DNA of 64,000 nt from a virus. Its lineage: Duplodnaviria > Caudoviricetes. Below the pieces are notes generated by a model. The model was not told the origin of the DNA and did not search any database. It was given only the letters and a program-made list of their open reading frames with translations. Below are positions 17,982-27,283 of the stretch, piece after piece. The DNA lies in IMG/VR virus record IMGVR_UViG_2933632641_000001, positions 5,513-69,512 of that record. The stretch is one strand, 5' to 3'. The position numbers were made by a program, and so were the translations under genes. Position 1 is the first letter of the stretch. Every line of letters begins with the position of its first letter.

Positions 17982-18650
17982 TCACACGTGCCGGTAGGAG
18001 CAGAGGATCGCCTCGGCCTGCGCGGAGAGCACTCCACGGTCATGCCCGAACTGCGTCCCAGCAGGATCGATCTCTCCGAGGGCAAGGCTGGCCGCGAGAA
18101 GCTTGCATGCCCGCCCCAGGTCCGCGGGGACGGTGGTGTAGCCGCCGTCGTAAAGGACCCTGATCAGCGAGCCGACAGGCAGGAAGGTCCCCAGGCTGAA
18201 CCAGATGTGCCCGGAGTCCGGCTCAGCGCCGATCAGCGTGGCCGCCGCGACCGTCTGTGAGCCGCCGTAGGACCGCAGCAACGTCACGCGCAGGTTGGAG
18301 TAGGTCCACATCTCCGGGTACCGCGGTGCGTACTCGGCGAGCCAGACGTGCCTGACCTGGTCGCCCACGCCGAGGGAGGTGGCGTAGGAACGCCCGACCG
18401 TGCCCTGCAGGTCCAGGGGCATCGATCCGGCGTCGGTGAGCTCGTCCGGGTCGATGCCAGTGGCGCGGTGGGACTCCGGCAAGCTCGAGAACGGTGCGAG
18501 CCGACGGCCCGCGATCCCTTCGCACTGCCGGGTGGCCTCGATCATGAGCTGGGTGAGGGCGTCGGCGGAGTAGTCGCGGACCAGGTCGGCGAACTGGCCG
18601 GCGGCCATGTCGGACGCGGTGGCCAGGGGTACCGGAGTGTCCGCGGCCAT
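17982..18650 (-). CDS. Head-to-tail adaptor
   Basis: LATASDM...VLYDGGYTTVPADLGRAC...LCSYR pattern. Confidence 0.75.
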   Translation of the reverse strand: MAADTPVPLATASDMAAGQFADLVRDYSADALTQLMIEATRQCEGIAGRRLAPFSSLPESHRATGIDPDELTDAGSMPLDLQGTVGRSYATSLGVGDQVRHVWLAEYAPRYPEMWTYSNLRVTLLRSYGGSQTVAAATLIGAEPDSGHIWFSLGTFLPVGSLIRVLYDGGYTTVPADLGRACKLLAASLALGEIDPAGTQFGHDRGVLSAQAEAILCSYRHV

Positions 18651-18653
18651 GGC

Positions 18654-18947
18654 CTACTCCGGCTTGCTGGCGGCCGTCTTGCGGGCCGCGGTCTTCCTGG
18701 CGGCCGGACGGTCCGCTTCGATGTCCTCGTCGGCCGGGTCCACCTCCGACAGCTCAGCCTGGGCGTCTTCGCCCGCAGGAGCGTCCTCCGGCTTGCCGTC
18801 GGGCGTAACTTCACTGAAGCCGCCGTCGGGGATCACCATGAGCGCGGCGATCTGCTCGCCGTCGGCGATCTCGACGACCGCGCCGTCCTTGGCCCAGGTG
18901 TGGCCGAAGCTGTCGCTGCCGGCCGACGCCTTGCGGATGAGAGCCAT
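18654..18947 (-). CDS. Small acidic protein downstream of the capsid gene
   Basis: AAGGAGGAG RBS; acidic body, ARKTAARKT tail. Confidence 0.7.
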   Translation of the reverse strand: MALIRKASAGSDSFGHTWAKDGAVVEIADGEQIAALMVIPDGGFSEVTPDGKPEDAPAGEDAQAELSEVDPADEDIEADRPAARKTAARKTAASKPE

Positions 18948-19007
18948 CGGGCTCCTCCTTCAGTGGTTAGCGGGTGCGCCGACGTGAGCCGACGCACCTG
19001 GAGGGGA

Positions 19008-20378
19008 TCAGCTGGACAGGGTGGTGGTTACGCGGCTGAGCCTGCCGAGGTACTTGCTCGCCCGGACGGCCAGCGTCGTGTCCGACACGATGGCGTAGGG
19101 CAGCTGATCCGGGCCCGTCACGGTCGGGTACACATCTAGTGGAGTGAGCTCCCGGACGTAGGGCCGCACGACGAAGTTCGGGTCGCGCGACATGAGGTAG
19201 ATGTTCTCCTGGCCCGCGGCGGACGGCTTGGCGGAGGCGTTGGTACCGACGTAGGTCGCCGGGCCGGCGGCCGGGACCGTGGAGCCGTTCTTCGGGGTGA
19301 GCTTGGTGCCGTCGTCGACGATCGACACCGTCAGGACGGGAGTGACGCCGTCCGCACCGACGCCGACGACCGCGTCCACGTAGCCGAGGAGCGTCTCGGC
19401 GCCGGCCGCGGTGGACCGGTAGACCTTGTAGACGTTCGGCTGGGAGCCGTCCAGGCCCGTCGGGGTGGAGAACGACAGGGTGACCGTGGAGGTGGAGCCG
19501 GTGGTTGTCTGGGACACCTCGGCGGAGGGCTGGATCTCTCCCTGCCGGGCGATGACGGGGACGACCTGGTAGTAGTAGGTCGCCGCCGCGAGCGTGCCGC
19601 CGGTGGTTGCGGTGGCCGTGGTGACCGTGCCCATGGAGTAGCCGCGCGCCGACAGGAACGAGGACTTGACGATGGGGACGTCGCGGTAGGTGGGGACGTT
19701 GAGGCCGCCGGCGACCTCCACCTTGTCCGAGAACCTCTGCTGCGACTGCAGGAGCTGCGCGACCTTGGACGCGGCGGTCGGGGACATGACGAGCATCCAC
19801 GCCGAGTCCTGGATGGCCATGGCGGCCTGCTGCTCAACCAGGTCGATCAGCTTGTCCAGGGCCCCCAGGGACAGGGACGCGTTGAAGTCGATGGCGTTCT
19901 GCGCGTTGCCGGAGTAGCTGGCGACGAGCGAGTCGAGGCCGTCGAACTGGGGGTAGGCACCAAACGTGGTGGAGGCTGAATTGCCCCACAGCATCGCGTT
20001 CTCGATGTCCCAGTACAGGCCCTGGATGCTGCCCTCGATTTCCTGCTGCTTCAGGTCCTGCACGAGGCCGCGGGTGACGGCCTGGGAGTAGCCGGTGACG
20101 GCGCCGACGGCCTGCATGTTGCGGATCGGGAAGCTGTTCTGGATGTAGGTGCTGTTGGAGACGGGGCGGGCGCCGCCGTCGGTGACGAAGCCGCCGGTGG
20201 CCCGCTGGGTGCGCTGGTTGAAGTAGTAGACCGTCGAGTCCCACTTCTTCGAGGTGATGGCGCGCACGAGCGGCGCGTACCGGCGCTGGTACTCCAGCAG
20301 CATCGGATCGATGACGGTGTTGACGAGGGGTGCGGCGCCCGCGGCGGTGAGTGCCTCGCGGAGTTCGGCCTGGGACAT
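19008..20378 (-). CDS. Major capsid protein with inserted FN3-like domain
   Basis: Follows protease/scaffold; DIENAMLWG...FDGL HK97-fold motifs; GAAAGG RBS. Confidence 0.9.
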   Translation of the reverse strand: MSQAELREALTAAGAAPLVNTVIDPMLLEYQRRYAPLVRAITSKKWDSTVYYFNQRTQRATGGFVTDGGARPVSNSTYIQNSFPIRNMQAVGAVTGYSQAVTRGLVQDLKQQEIEGSIQGLYWDIENAMLWGNSASTTFGAYPQFDGLDSLVASYSGNAQNAIDFNASLSLGALDKLIDLVEQQAAMAIQDSAWMLVMSPTAASKVAQLLQSQQRFSDKVEVAGGLNVPTYRDVPIVKSSFLSARGYSMGTVTTATATTGGTLAAATYYYQVVPVIARQGEIQPSAEVSQTTTGSTSTVTLSFSTPTGLDGSQPNVYKVYRSTAAGAETLLGYVDAVVGVGADGVTPVLTVSIVDDGTKLTPKNGSTVPAAGPATYVGTNASAKPSAAGQENIYLMSRDPNFVVRPYVRELTPLDVYPTVTGPDQLPYAIVSDTTLAVRASKYLGRLSRVTTTLSS

Positions 20379-20505
20379 GGTGGTGCCTTTCGGGAGGGGT
20401 GTGGATGCGACGAAGCCCCGCGCGGGGGCGGGGCTGGGTGACCATCACTGCCGGAAGGCACCAGCTGGGCTGGCGGTCAGAGAAGCCTGATGGGGCGTAG
20501 AGCGG

Positions 20506-22134
20506 TCAGCCCTGGGAGGGCTGTCGGCCGCCGAGGATCGCTCCGACGATGGCGTTGCCGCCGGTCTGACGCCACTCCTCGGGCGTGTACTCGTGGAGCG
20601 GCTTCTGCGGCCAGTCCTCGGGCAGCCCCGATGCCGTCGTGCCGCCAGCGGTCTCGGTGACCGGCGCCACGAACCCCTTGCGGGCCGGCCCTCCGGTCGC
20701 CTCGACGTGCTCCTGCACCGCCTGCGGGAGGGCTGCGGCGATGCCCTCGGCGACGAGCCGGGTGATCCGCTGCTCTTGGGTCTCGGTCACCTCGACTGCG
20801 GGCGCCGTCTCGGCGACCGTCTCCGCCGGAGCCGTCTCGACCGGAGCCGAGACGGGCGCCTGCTGCGGGGCGACAGCGGCGAGCAGGGCCTTGAACTGAT
20901 CGTCGGTGAGGTGGACCCCGGCGGTCGCGGGGGCCGGGGCCGCTTCGGCGGCCGGGGTGATGGACTCCGCCATGGCGGTCTCCGTTTCCTGGGTGGATTC
21001 GACGGCCGGGGGTACGGCGGTCGCGGGCTCGGGGGTGGTCTCCATGGCGTCGTCCTCCAGGTCGCCGTCGGCGCCGTCAGGCTCCGCCCTACCTGCGTCA
21101 ATGTCGGCGTCCAGGTCGGGGTCGATCGCGACGATGGCCTGGCAGGCGCCGGCCATGGCGGCGCGGCCGACGGCGTCGAGGTCGTGGGGGTCGACGCAGT
21201 ACGAGGTGACCGTGACCGTCGTCGGCCCGTTGGTGAGGCTGATCGACATCGAGCCGCCGTGGCTCGGGTCGTCGGAGAAGCCGAGACACTCGGCGACCTC
21301 CTCGGACACGTGGCCGATCGGGTCGATGAGCCAGCCCTCCTGGGTGGCCACTTCGACGCCGTGGCCGCGGAGAGCCTTGGCTACTCGCTGCCGGATCCGC
21401 TTGAGTTGGGCGGCCGTGTAGCCGCGGGCGACCTCCGACTCGTGCACACGGGCCCAGGCCGTCTTGGCGCGGGCCTTGGTGTCGAGGGGGTAGCGCTTCT
21501 CCTTGTCGGCCTGATAGCCGGGGTCGGCGTAGGGACCCGCCGACTCGACGGCCGCCGGTTCGGCGGCTGCTTCGCTGACGGTGTGCACCAGCGCCTCCTG
21601 TACTGACTCGGTGATGAGCACCCGGCCATCGGGCGCCGCAGTCTCCTCCGGCTGGCTACCGGCAGGCGTGTAGGTGTCGATCCGGGCGCCGGGGACGCCT
21701 GGCTTGCGGGTGAAGTCCAGTCCGTCCAGCTCGAGGTCGCTGGCGGCCTCGACGGTGGTGCCGCCGGGACCAGCCTCCCGACGCACCTTGCCGACCCAGG
21801 CGCCTCGGATGGACACGCCTCGCAGAAACGGCGGGCCATCGCTGTCGTCGACCAGGGCGGCGATGGTTCGACCGGGCTCGGTGTCGACGATGGCTGCGGT
21901 GTAGCGCGCCGCACCGGTGTCGTCCTGCTCGATGCTGGTGATGCGGCCGACTATTTGCGTCGAGTCGTCGTCCGCCGCATGGTGGGACAACATCGTCAGC
22001 GGCTGTGCTCCGTCGGCGATGCGCTCCTGGGCGCGGGCCACTGCCCGGCCGATCACCTCTGCGGTGTAGAGGCGGCCGTTGCGGCTGATCCCGGGGACCA
22101 AGGCGACGCCGGAGATCGTTCCGAGGATGCCCAT
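20506..22134 (-). CDS. Prohead protease fused to scaffold
   Basis: SRNGRLY, SHH, GVSIRG and LDFTRKPG protease motifs; Ala/Pro/Glu-rich C-terminus. Confidence 0.8.
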   Translation of the reverse strand: MGILGTISGVALVPGISRNGRLYTAEVIGRAVARAQERIADGAQPLTMLSHHAADDDSTQIVGRITSIEQDDTGAARYTAAIVDTEPGRTIAALVDDSDGPPFLRGVSIRGAWVGKVRREAGPGGTTVEAASDLELDGLDFTRKPGVPGARIDTYTPAGSQPEETAAPDGRVLITESVQEALVHTVSEAAAEPAAVESAGPYADPGYQADKEKRYPLDTKARAKTAWARVHESEVARGYTAAQLKRIRQRVAKALRGHGVEVATQEGWLIDPIGHVSEEVAECLGFSDDPSHGGSMSISLTNGPTTVTVTSYCVDPHDLDAVGRAAMAGACQAIVAIDPDLDADIDAGRAEPDGADGDLEDDAMETTPEPATAVPPAVESTQETETAMAESITPAAEAAPAPATAGVHLTDDQFKALLAAVAPQQAPVSAPVETAPAETVAETAPAVEVTETQEQRITRLVAEGIAAALPQAVQEHVEATGGPARKGFVAPVTETAGGTTASGLPEDWPQKPLHEYTPEEWRQTGGNAIVGAILGGRQPSQG

Positions 22135-22137
22135 CGG

Positions 22138-22530
22138 TTACCTCCCGACCAACGAGATCGATGCCTGCGGAAAGACCGGGTTGGTCCCGCCGAGCGTCCA
22201 CGTCACCCGACAGATCTGCGGCAGCACCATTGAGCCGAGACCTCCGATGTGCAGGCCGCATGCCGCGTTGGTGAAGTTCGGCGCTGACGTCAGCTGGGTG
22301 ACCTTGACGACCTGTGGGAACCAGTTGCCGTCTGGGTCCTGGACGTCGAGCTGGACGTCCAGGGTCGGGCTCGTGCCGGTCGAGGTACCGGCGACGTATA
22401 CCGGCAGCCACAAGTCACAGGTCTCGCTGATGTTGATCGGCCCGCTGTTGCCGGAAGCGGTAAGCCTGCTCGATGCGGACCCGGTGAGGGTCCACAGGGT
22501 GCGGGCGACGGGGGCGTAGGCGCCGCTCAT
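22138..22530 (-). CDS. Beta-sandwich hypothetical virion protein
   Basis: GAGGAGGAG RBS; TSPTLDVQL...DGNW...RVTWTLGGT. Confidence 0.7.
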   Translation of the reverse strand: MSGAYAPVARTLWTLTGSASSRLTASGNSGPINISETCDLWLPVYVAGTSTGTSPTLDVQLDVQDPDGNWFPQVVKVTQLTSAPNFTNAACGLHIGGLGSMVLPQICRVTWTLGGTNPVFPQASISLVGR

Positions 22531-22545
22531 GGACTCCTCCTCGGG

Positions 22546-23538
22546 TCAGGCCATCCAGGCTGCGAAGTGTGCGACGGAGACGTCGGCGCTGTAGACGCAG
22601 CGGCAGTGTGGGTGGAGGGGCAGGCGGGGCTGGTCTCCGATGTACCAGGGGCTGCCGGCCTCAGCGTCGATGCAGGCGCTGCAGACGCGACCGTCGGCGG
22701 CAGTGATGATCTCGATCTGCTGGACGCCCTCGCCGCGGTACAGCGCCAGAGCGCCCTCGTCGGCTGCTGTGGTCATCGCCCAGTCCACGACGAATGCCAC
22801 TGATCCTTCCTTTGCGGCCAGGACGTCCATGGCCGCATCGATGAGCTCGTCGCGGCTCAGCCCGGTCTCCAGCCCGTCGGCCAGGGCCCGGCCGAGGTCC
22901 CCGGCGCCCCCGTCCAGGACTCGGCCTAGCCATCCGTCCGCGCCGGCCCAAAGGTCGTCGAGGCTGTCCATGGCCTGGTAGGCGTCCTTGAAGGCGAGCT
23001 CCCAGTCAAGGCCGATTAGGGAGGCGCGTTCGGCCGCGATGGCGACGGCCTCGACCATGCCTTCGGCCCGCCCAGCGGCCAGAACGTCACGCAGGGCGGT
23101 CCGTAGCGCCCCGAAGCCGGTCATGCCGGCGAGGGCTCTGAGGAGGGCTCGGGCGGCTGCCCTGGCGGCGACACGGATGTCGTCCAGCCAGCCGTGATCC
23201 GCCTCCTGGATGCCGAGTACCGCAAGGAGCTGGTCGACGGCGACCGCAACGGCTGTGCGGTTGACCAGGGGCAGCCAGGCGTCGCGGACACGCTGGGCGT
23301 GGTCGGCGAGCAGGCGGTCGCGCCGCTGAAAGAGGAGCGCCCACATGCCCTCCAGGCGCCCCAGGTTGATCGTGGCCTGCAGGATCCCAGGGTCATCGGC
23401 CGACTCAACAGCCAGGGCCACCGCGGTCTCGCAGGCGACACGAACCCTGGGGGTCAGCGGGCCCCCGGACAGCGCCCACCCCGCGGCGAAGGCGATCCGT
23501 GCCGGCTGCTGCATCGGATGCTGGGCGGCCACGATCAC
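22546..23538 (-). CDS. Head morphogenesis (MuF/gp7-like) protein
   Basis: C-terminal DGRVCSAC...PLHPHCRC. Confidence 0.8.
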   Translation of the reverse strand: MIVAAQHPMQQPARIAFAAGWALSGGPLTPRVRVACETAVALAVESADDPGILQATINLGRLEGMWALLFQRRDRLLADHAQRVRDAWLPLVNRTAVAVAVDQLLAVLGIQEADHGWLDDIRVAARAAARALLRALAGMTGFGALRTALRDVLAAGRAEGMVEAVAIAAERASLIGLDWELAFKDAYQAMDSLDDLWAGADGWLGRVLDGGAGDLGRALADGLETGLSRDELIDAAMDVLAAKEGSVAFVVDWAMTTAADEGALALYRGEGVQQIEIITAADGRVCSACIDAEAGSPWYIGDQPRLPLHPHCRCVYSADVSVAHFAAWMA

Positions 23539-23545
23539 CTCCCAG

Positions 23546-23656
23546 TCAGCCGACGCGCTTCCGGATCAGCGGACCGACGTCCTTGGCCCGAAGCGGGTGG
23601 CCGGGCGGATCAGGCGGCAGGACGACGATGGGCGCAGGTTCAGGCGGCGTGCTCAT
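23546..23656 (-). CDS. 36-aa protein not on the ORF track (MSTPPEPAPIVVLPPDPPGHPLRAKDVGPLIRKRVG)
   Basis: GGGAGG RBS; fills the gap between portal and MuF genes. Confidence 0.5.
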   Translation of the reverse strand: MSTPPEPAPIVVLPPDPPGHPLRAKDVGPLIRKRVG

Positions 23657-25136
23657 CGACGCCTCCCGGGAGTGCAGCCAGGGCCTCTCGGAGACGCCGC
23701 CTGTACCGCTGGTGGGCGGACTCGGACGGCGGCGGTCGCTCGGGGTCCGGCTCGTCGCTCAGCTTTACTGGACTGTCGAGTGCCGCCGCCTTCATTCCAA
23801 GGTCGGTACCCCTGAGCCGATTGGCGACGCCAGCCTGGGACATGGCGTCCATGTCGTCCCACTGCGTGACATTGCTGCGGTCGACCAGTACCGCACGGTC
23901 GCCGCCTTCGACGGGCGGTTCGTTGATGTCGGCGCGGTAGCGGTTGAGGGTCCAGGCGCCGGACCGGAGTCGCATGTCGCGGATCTCCTCGATCGTCTTG
24001 GAGTCCCGCATGTCGATGTCAGCGAACTTCAGCTGCCAGTCGGTGATCCCGAAGCCAGCGAGGACCAGGTGGTAGTTCAGCGCCTCGAGGATGAGCTCGG
24101 CGAGAGGCTGGCAGGTGTTGACCATGAATGTGCGGTCCTGGCTCTCGCCGGTGCCGCCGCCGAGGTTCCCGGACTCGATGATCCCGACCTTCGCTGGGGG
24201 AACCCCGTAGGTGGCGATGATCTCGTCGCGGCGCTGCTCCAGGAACTTCAGGTAGTCCACCGTGCGGGACTGGGCTAGTTCCTGGATCTGGGCCCCGCCC
24301 TTGGTTGCGATCGGGTTCCCAATGTTCCGCGGGCCGAGGTTCTGCTGCTGGTACTGGGCGTTCCAGCGGCGGATGTCCGCCGGCTGGGCGGACGCCGGGA
24401 AGTCGACGTGGATCTGCGGCGGCGAGCCCTTGCGGAAGATCTCCTTGCTGGTGGCCGAGGCGAACAGCCAGGAGGTGATCGGCAGCATCGCGGCCTGCGT
24501 CGGCGATACCCCGAAGAGTCCGCTGCGGGGGGCGTCGAGGCTGATGTGGATGATCTCACGCGGTTCGAACACCGCCCGCTGCCCGCGCTCGGTCACCTGC
24601 ACGTAGCCAGTGACGTTGCCGTGCTCGTCGGCCAGCGGCATCATGCTCGGGCAGTCCAGGGAGTACAGGGCCACCGGCTGGTTGCCGACCCAGACGACCT
24701 CGATGAACGCGTCACCGAAGACCAGGAGATCGGTGATGGCGCCGCGCAGGATCTGCCTGATGTTCTCGCGCGGGTTGCAGAAGGCGAGCATCCGCTCGAG
24801 TAGCCGGACCTCCGGTGACTTCTCGGGCCGCTCCTCCTCCGCCTCACCGGGGTCGGTGACCCAGTCCAGGACCAGGCCGCCCGCGGTGACGGTGCGGGCG
24901 ATGGCACTGACCGAGGCCCAGGACCAGGGGCAGGCAAGGTAGGCGTCGTACAGCTGAGTCAAGGTGCTACGCCGGTCGCTGCCCGAGAACGAGCTAACGC
25001 CCTGCTGAGTCTCGGTGAGCCCTCCGGGGCCGATCCCGTACTCGTACCCGGACCGCTCCGGTGCCACCGCCGGCGCCGTCTCCAGCACCTCCGTCTGGCC
25101 GCCTGTCAGGCCCTGCCACCACGTCCTAAGGCTCAT
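23640..25136 (-). CDS. Portal protein (HK97-like)
   Basis: DLLVFGDAFIEV, EIIHI, GVSP, YGVPPAKVG and TLNRYR motifs. Confidence 0.95.
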   Translation of the reverse strand: MSLRTWWQGLTGGQTEVLETAPAVAPERSGYEYGIGPGGLTETQQGVSSFSGSDRRSTLTQLYDAYLACPWSWASVSAIARTVTAGGLVLDWVTDPGEAEEERPEKSPEVRLLERMLAFCNPRENIRQILRGAITDLLVFGDAFIEVVWVGNQPVALYSLDCPSMMPLADEHGNVTGYVQVTERGQRAVFEPREIIHISLDAPRSGLFGVSPTQAAMLPITSWLFASATSKEIFRKGSPPQIHVDFPASAQPADIRRWNAQYQQQNLGPRNIGNPIATKGGAQIQELAQSRTVDYLKFLEQRRDEIIATYGVPPAKVGIIESGNLGGGTGESQDRTFMVNTCQPLAELILEALNYHLVLAGFGITDWQLKFADIDMRDSKTIEEIRDMRLRSGAWTLNRYRADINEPPVEGGDRAVLVDRSNVTQWDDMDAMSQAGVANRLRGTDLGMKAAALDSPVKLSDEPDPERPPPSESAHQRYRRRLREALAALPGGVDEHAA

Positions 25137-26746
25137 TCGACCTGTACCGTCCCCCCGGGCCGTGGGCCGTCGTCATCCTCGCCAGGCCAGAAGGCCAGCG
25201 CGTCGGGGTCAGGCCGGACGGCCATCGTGGAACCCAGGGGCTGCAGGTGGTCGGACTCGGCAACTGTGGGCGGCTGGTCCAGGACAAGGAACTCCGGCCC
25301 AGTGCCCAGGTTCGAAAGAAGGTAGCGAAGGGCGTCGCTGGCGTGGTCGTCGGCAGTCGTGTCGGCGTCTTCCGGGTCGCCCTTGGTGGCGTGAGGCAGG
25401 TCCGACAGCTCCCGGTACAGGTCGGTGACCGTCGAGAAGACGTGCAGCATCGGGCACGTCACCCAGCCCTGCGCGCGGTGGTGCGAGCAGGCCGGCGCCT
25501 CTTTCAGGTAAGTCCGGACGCGCTGCCAGCCGGTCACCCGGGAGCCCGCGCCTTTACCAGCCGCCGTCAGGTGCACGCCGTTGTCAGCGTAGACGGAGGC
25601 GATGGCTTTCGCGTCGCCGCGGGTGGACCACATCGCGTCATCGGCGAAGCGCACCGCGACATGCTCACCGGGGGCTTCCGCCGCGAGGATCTGCTGGGCC
25701 TGCTCCGCCTCGCCGACACCGCGCTGGTAGATCTCGCGGTAGATCCAGACGCGGCCGTCCTCGTCGACCGCACCCCACAGGACAGCCCACGGGGCCGAGA
25801 AGCCCCAGTCGACGCCGTTGTACCGCTTCCAAGAGCTGGGGAGCTCGATCGGCTCAAGGACATGTCGATCATGCTTGAGCTCGGGAAACATCATTCCGGC
25901 GAACACATCCCAGTCTCCGTCCAGGAAGGCGGCCCGCAGTTTCTCGGGAAGCGCTTGCAGGTCAGCGGCGTATTCGGGATTGACGTGCGGGTTATCGCTG
26001 AGCTTGCTGGAGATGAAGCGGACGCTGCGGCCTCGTTCGTCTTGGACGACGTTCTGTCCGTAGTTGGTGGGCTGGATGTACCGGAGCTTGACAGCGCCGT
26101 GCCCAGGGCCGCCGGGGTTGGTGCCCGACCGGATGCCGAGCACTGGGATGTCCGACCGGCCGGACCGCAGTCGAGATTCGAGGAAAGAGCAGACGTCGGG
26201 GGGAGTCAGGGTTCGCTCGTCGAAAATGAGGAGCTGGTATTGGCCGCCCTGCCGCCGCGAGGCATCCTTCACGGATTCGGCGTACCGGAACATCAGCAGG
26301 CTGCCGTTAGGGAAGCGGAGCTCGTATTCGGTTCCGTTCCAGGTGGCTCCAAGCGCCGCCGCGTAGCTGTAGTTAGACAGTTCAGCGAGCAGGGACTCCT
26401 TGAGCTCGCCGTAAGTACGGCGGAAGGCGCCGACGCGGATACCGGGATGCCGAACGCAGGCGCGAATCCCCTCAGTGATCAGGGAGACCGTCTTACCGCC
26501 ACCCGCGCTTCCGCCGAACAGCACGTCGAACTCGGTCGCATCGTGGAAGACCTGCTGCTTAGGAGTGGGCACATAGCCGAGAAGCCCGAATACGTCGATC
26601 TTCCTGAGCCGCTCGGACTCCCGGCGCTGCGCCTCAGCCTGCAGGGTCTTCAAACGGCGCAGCTTGGTCAGCTTCGCGGTCAGCAGCGGAGAGGCCGGCT
26701 CGTCCGAGCTCGGCTTCGAGTCGCTGGATTTGCGCGTCGAGGGCAT
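25133..26746 (-). CDS. terL: Terminase large subunit
   Basis: GGSAGGGKT Walker A, LIFDE Walker B, TNPGG, GVDWG and DHASDALRY nuclease motifs. Confidence 0.95.
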   Translation of the reverse strand: MPSTRKSSDSKPSSDEPASPLLTAKLTKLRRLKTLQAEAQRRESERLRKIDVFGLLGYVPTPKQQVFHDATEFDVLFGGSAGGGKTVSLITEGIRACVRHPGIRVGAFRRTYGELKESLLAELSNYSYAAALGATWNGTEYELRFPNGSLLMFRYAESVKDASRRQGGQYQLLIFDERTLTPPDVCSFLESRLRSGRSDIPVLGIRSGTNPGGPGHGAVKLRYIQPTNYGQNVVQDERGRSVRFISSKLSDNPHVNPEYAADLQALPEKLRAAFLDGDWDVFAGMMFPELKHDRHVLEPIELPSSWKRYNGVDWGFSAPWAVLWGAVDEDGRVWIYREIYQRGVGEAEQAQQILAAEAPGEHVAVRFADDAMWSTRGDAKAIASVYADNGVHLTAAGKGAGSRVTGWQRVRTYLKEAPACSHHRAQGWVTCPMLHVFSTVTDLYRELSDLPHATKGDPEDADTTADDHASDALRYLLSNLGTGPEFLVLDQPPTVAESDHLQPLGSTMAVRPDPDALAFWPGEDDDGPRPGGTVQVE

Positions 26747-27104
26747 CGATCGTCAGCACCTCCAGCTTCACGGCGCTGTCGAGACCCAGGAGCTTGGCCC
26801 GACGGTCGAGGATCTTCAAGGCCGTCTCGATGGCCCGCGGACTGCCCTCCATGGCCTCCGGCCAGATCGCCTGCTGCAGGACGTCGAGACGGGCGAGTTC
26901 GAGTTCCCGCCATGCCTCGACGGCCAAGCCCTCCTCGACGACGTGCTTCTCGAGGGCGCGCTTGATGTCGGTGCAGGCGGAGGCCTTGGAGTCGTATCCG
27001 AGGAGTTCGGCGATCTCTGTGTAGGTCTTGCCTTGGATCTTGAGGCGGATGGCCTTACTGCGGCGTTCCGCGGTGGCGGCCTGCTGCGCCTTCGACGCGA
27101 CCAT
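26634..27104 (-). CDS. terS: Terminase small subunit
   Basis: HTH GKTYTEIAELLGY; RRAKLLGLD; AGGAGG RBS before ATG 27104. Confidence 0.85.
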   Translation of the reverse strand: MVASKAQQAATAERRSKAIRLKIQGKTYTEIAELLGYDSKASACTDIKRALEKHVVEEGLAVEAWRELELARLDVLQQAIWPEAMEGSPRAIETALKILDRRAKLLGLDSAVKLEVLTIDALDAQIQRLEAELGRAGLSAADREADQAAPFEDPAG

Positions 27105-27112
27105 GAGACCTC

Positions 27113-27271
27113 CTAGGTCCGTTCCCGCTCGGTCAGGATCGCCCCGAGTGACAGCCATGAGTTGGCCAGTTCGTCCAGGCGTTCCATCAGGGGCAGGTTC
27201 GTCAGCTCAAGCTCGGCTTGGACAAGAAGTCTGACCGCGTGCCCAAGCGCCTCATCTGCGTTCATCGGCAT
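27113..27271 (-). CDS. 52-aa helical protein not on the ORF track (MPMNADEALGHAVRLL...ERERT)
   Basis: GGAGGAG RBS; fills the gap between fibre and terS genes. Confidence 0.6.
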   Translation of the reverse strand: MPMNADEALGHAVRLLVQAELELTNLPLMERLDELANSWLSLGAILTERERT

Positions 27272-27283
27272 CGCTCCTCCGAC

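Noticed and set aside
25247-26965. 572-aa plus-strand ORF (likewise 12343-13845, 38756-40057, 60632-62080)
   Set aside because: Antisense shadows of well-supported minus-strand genes.
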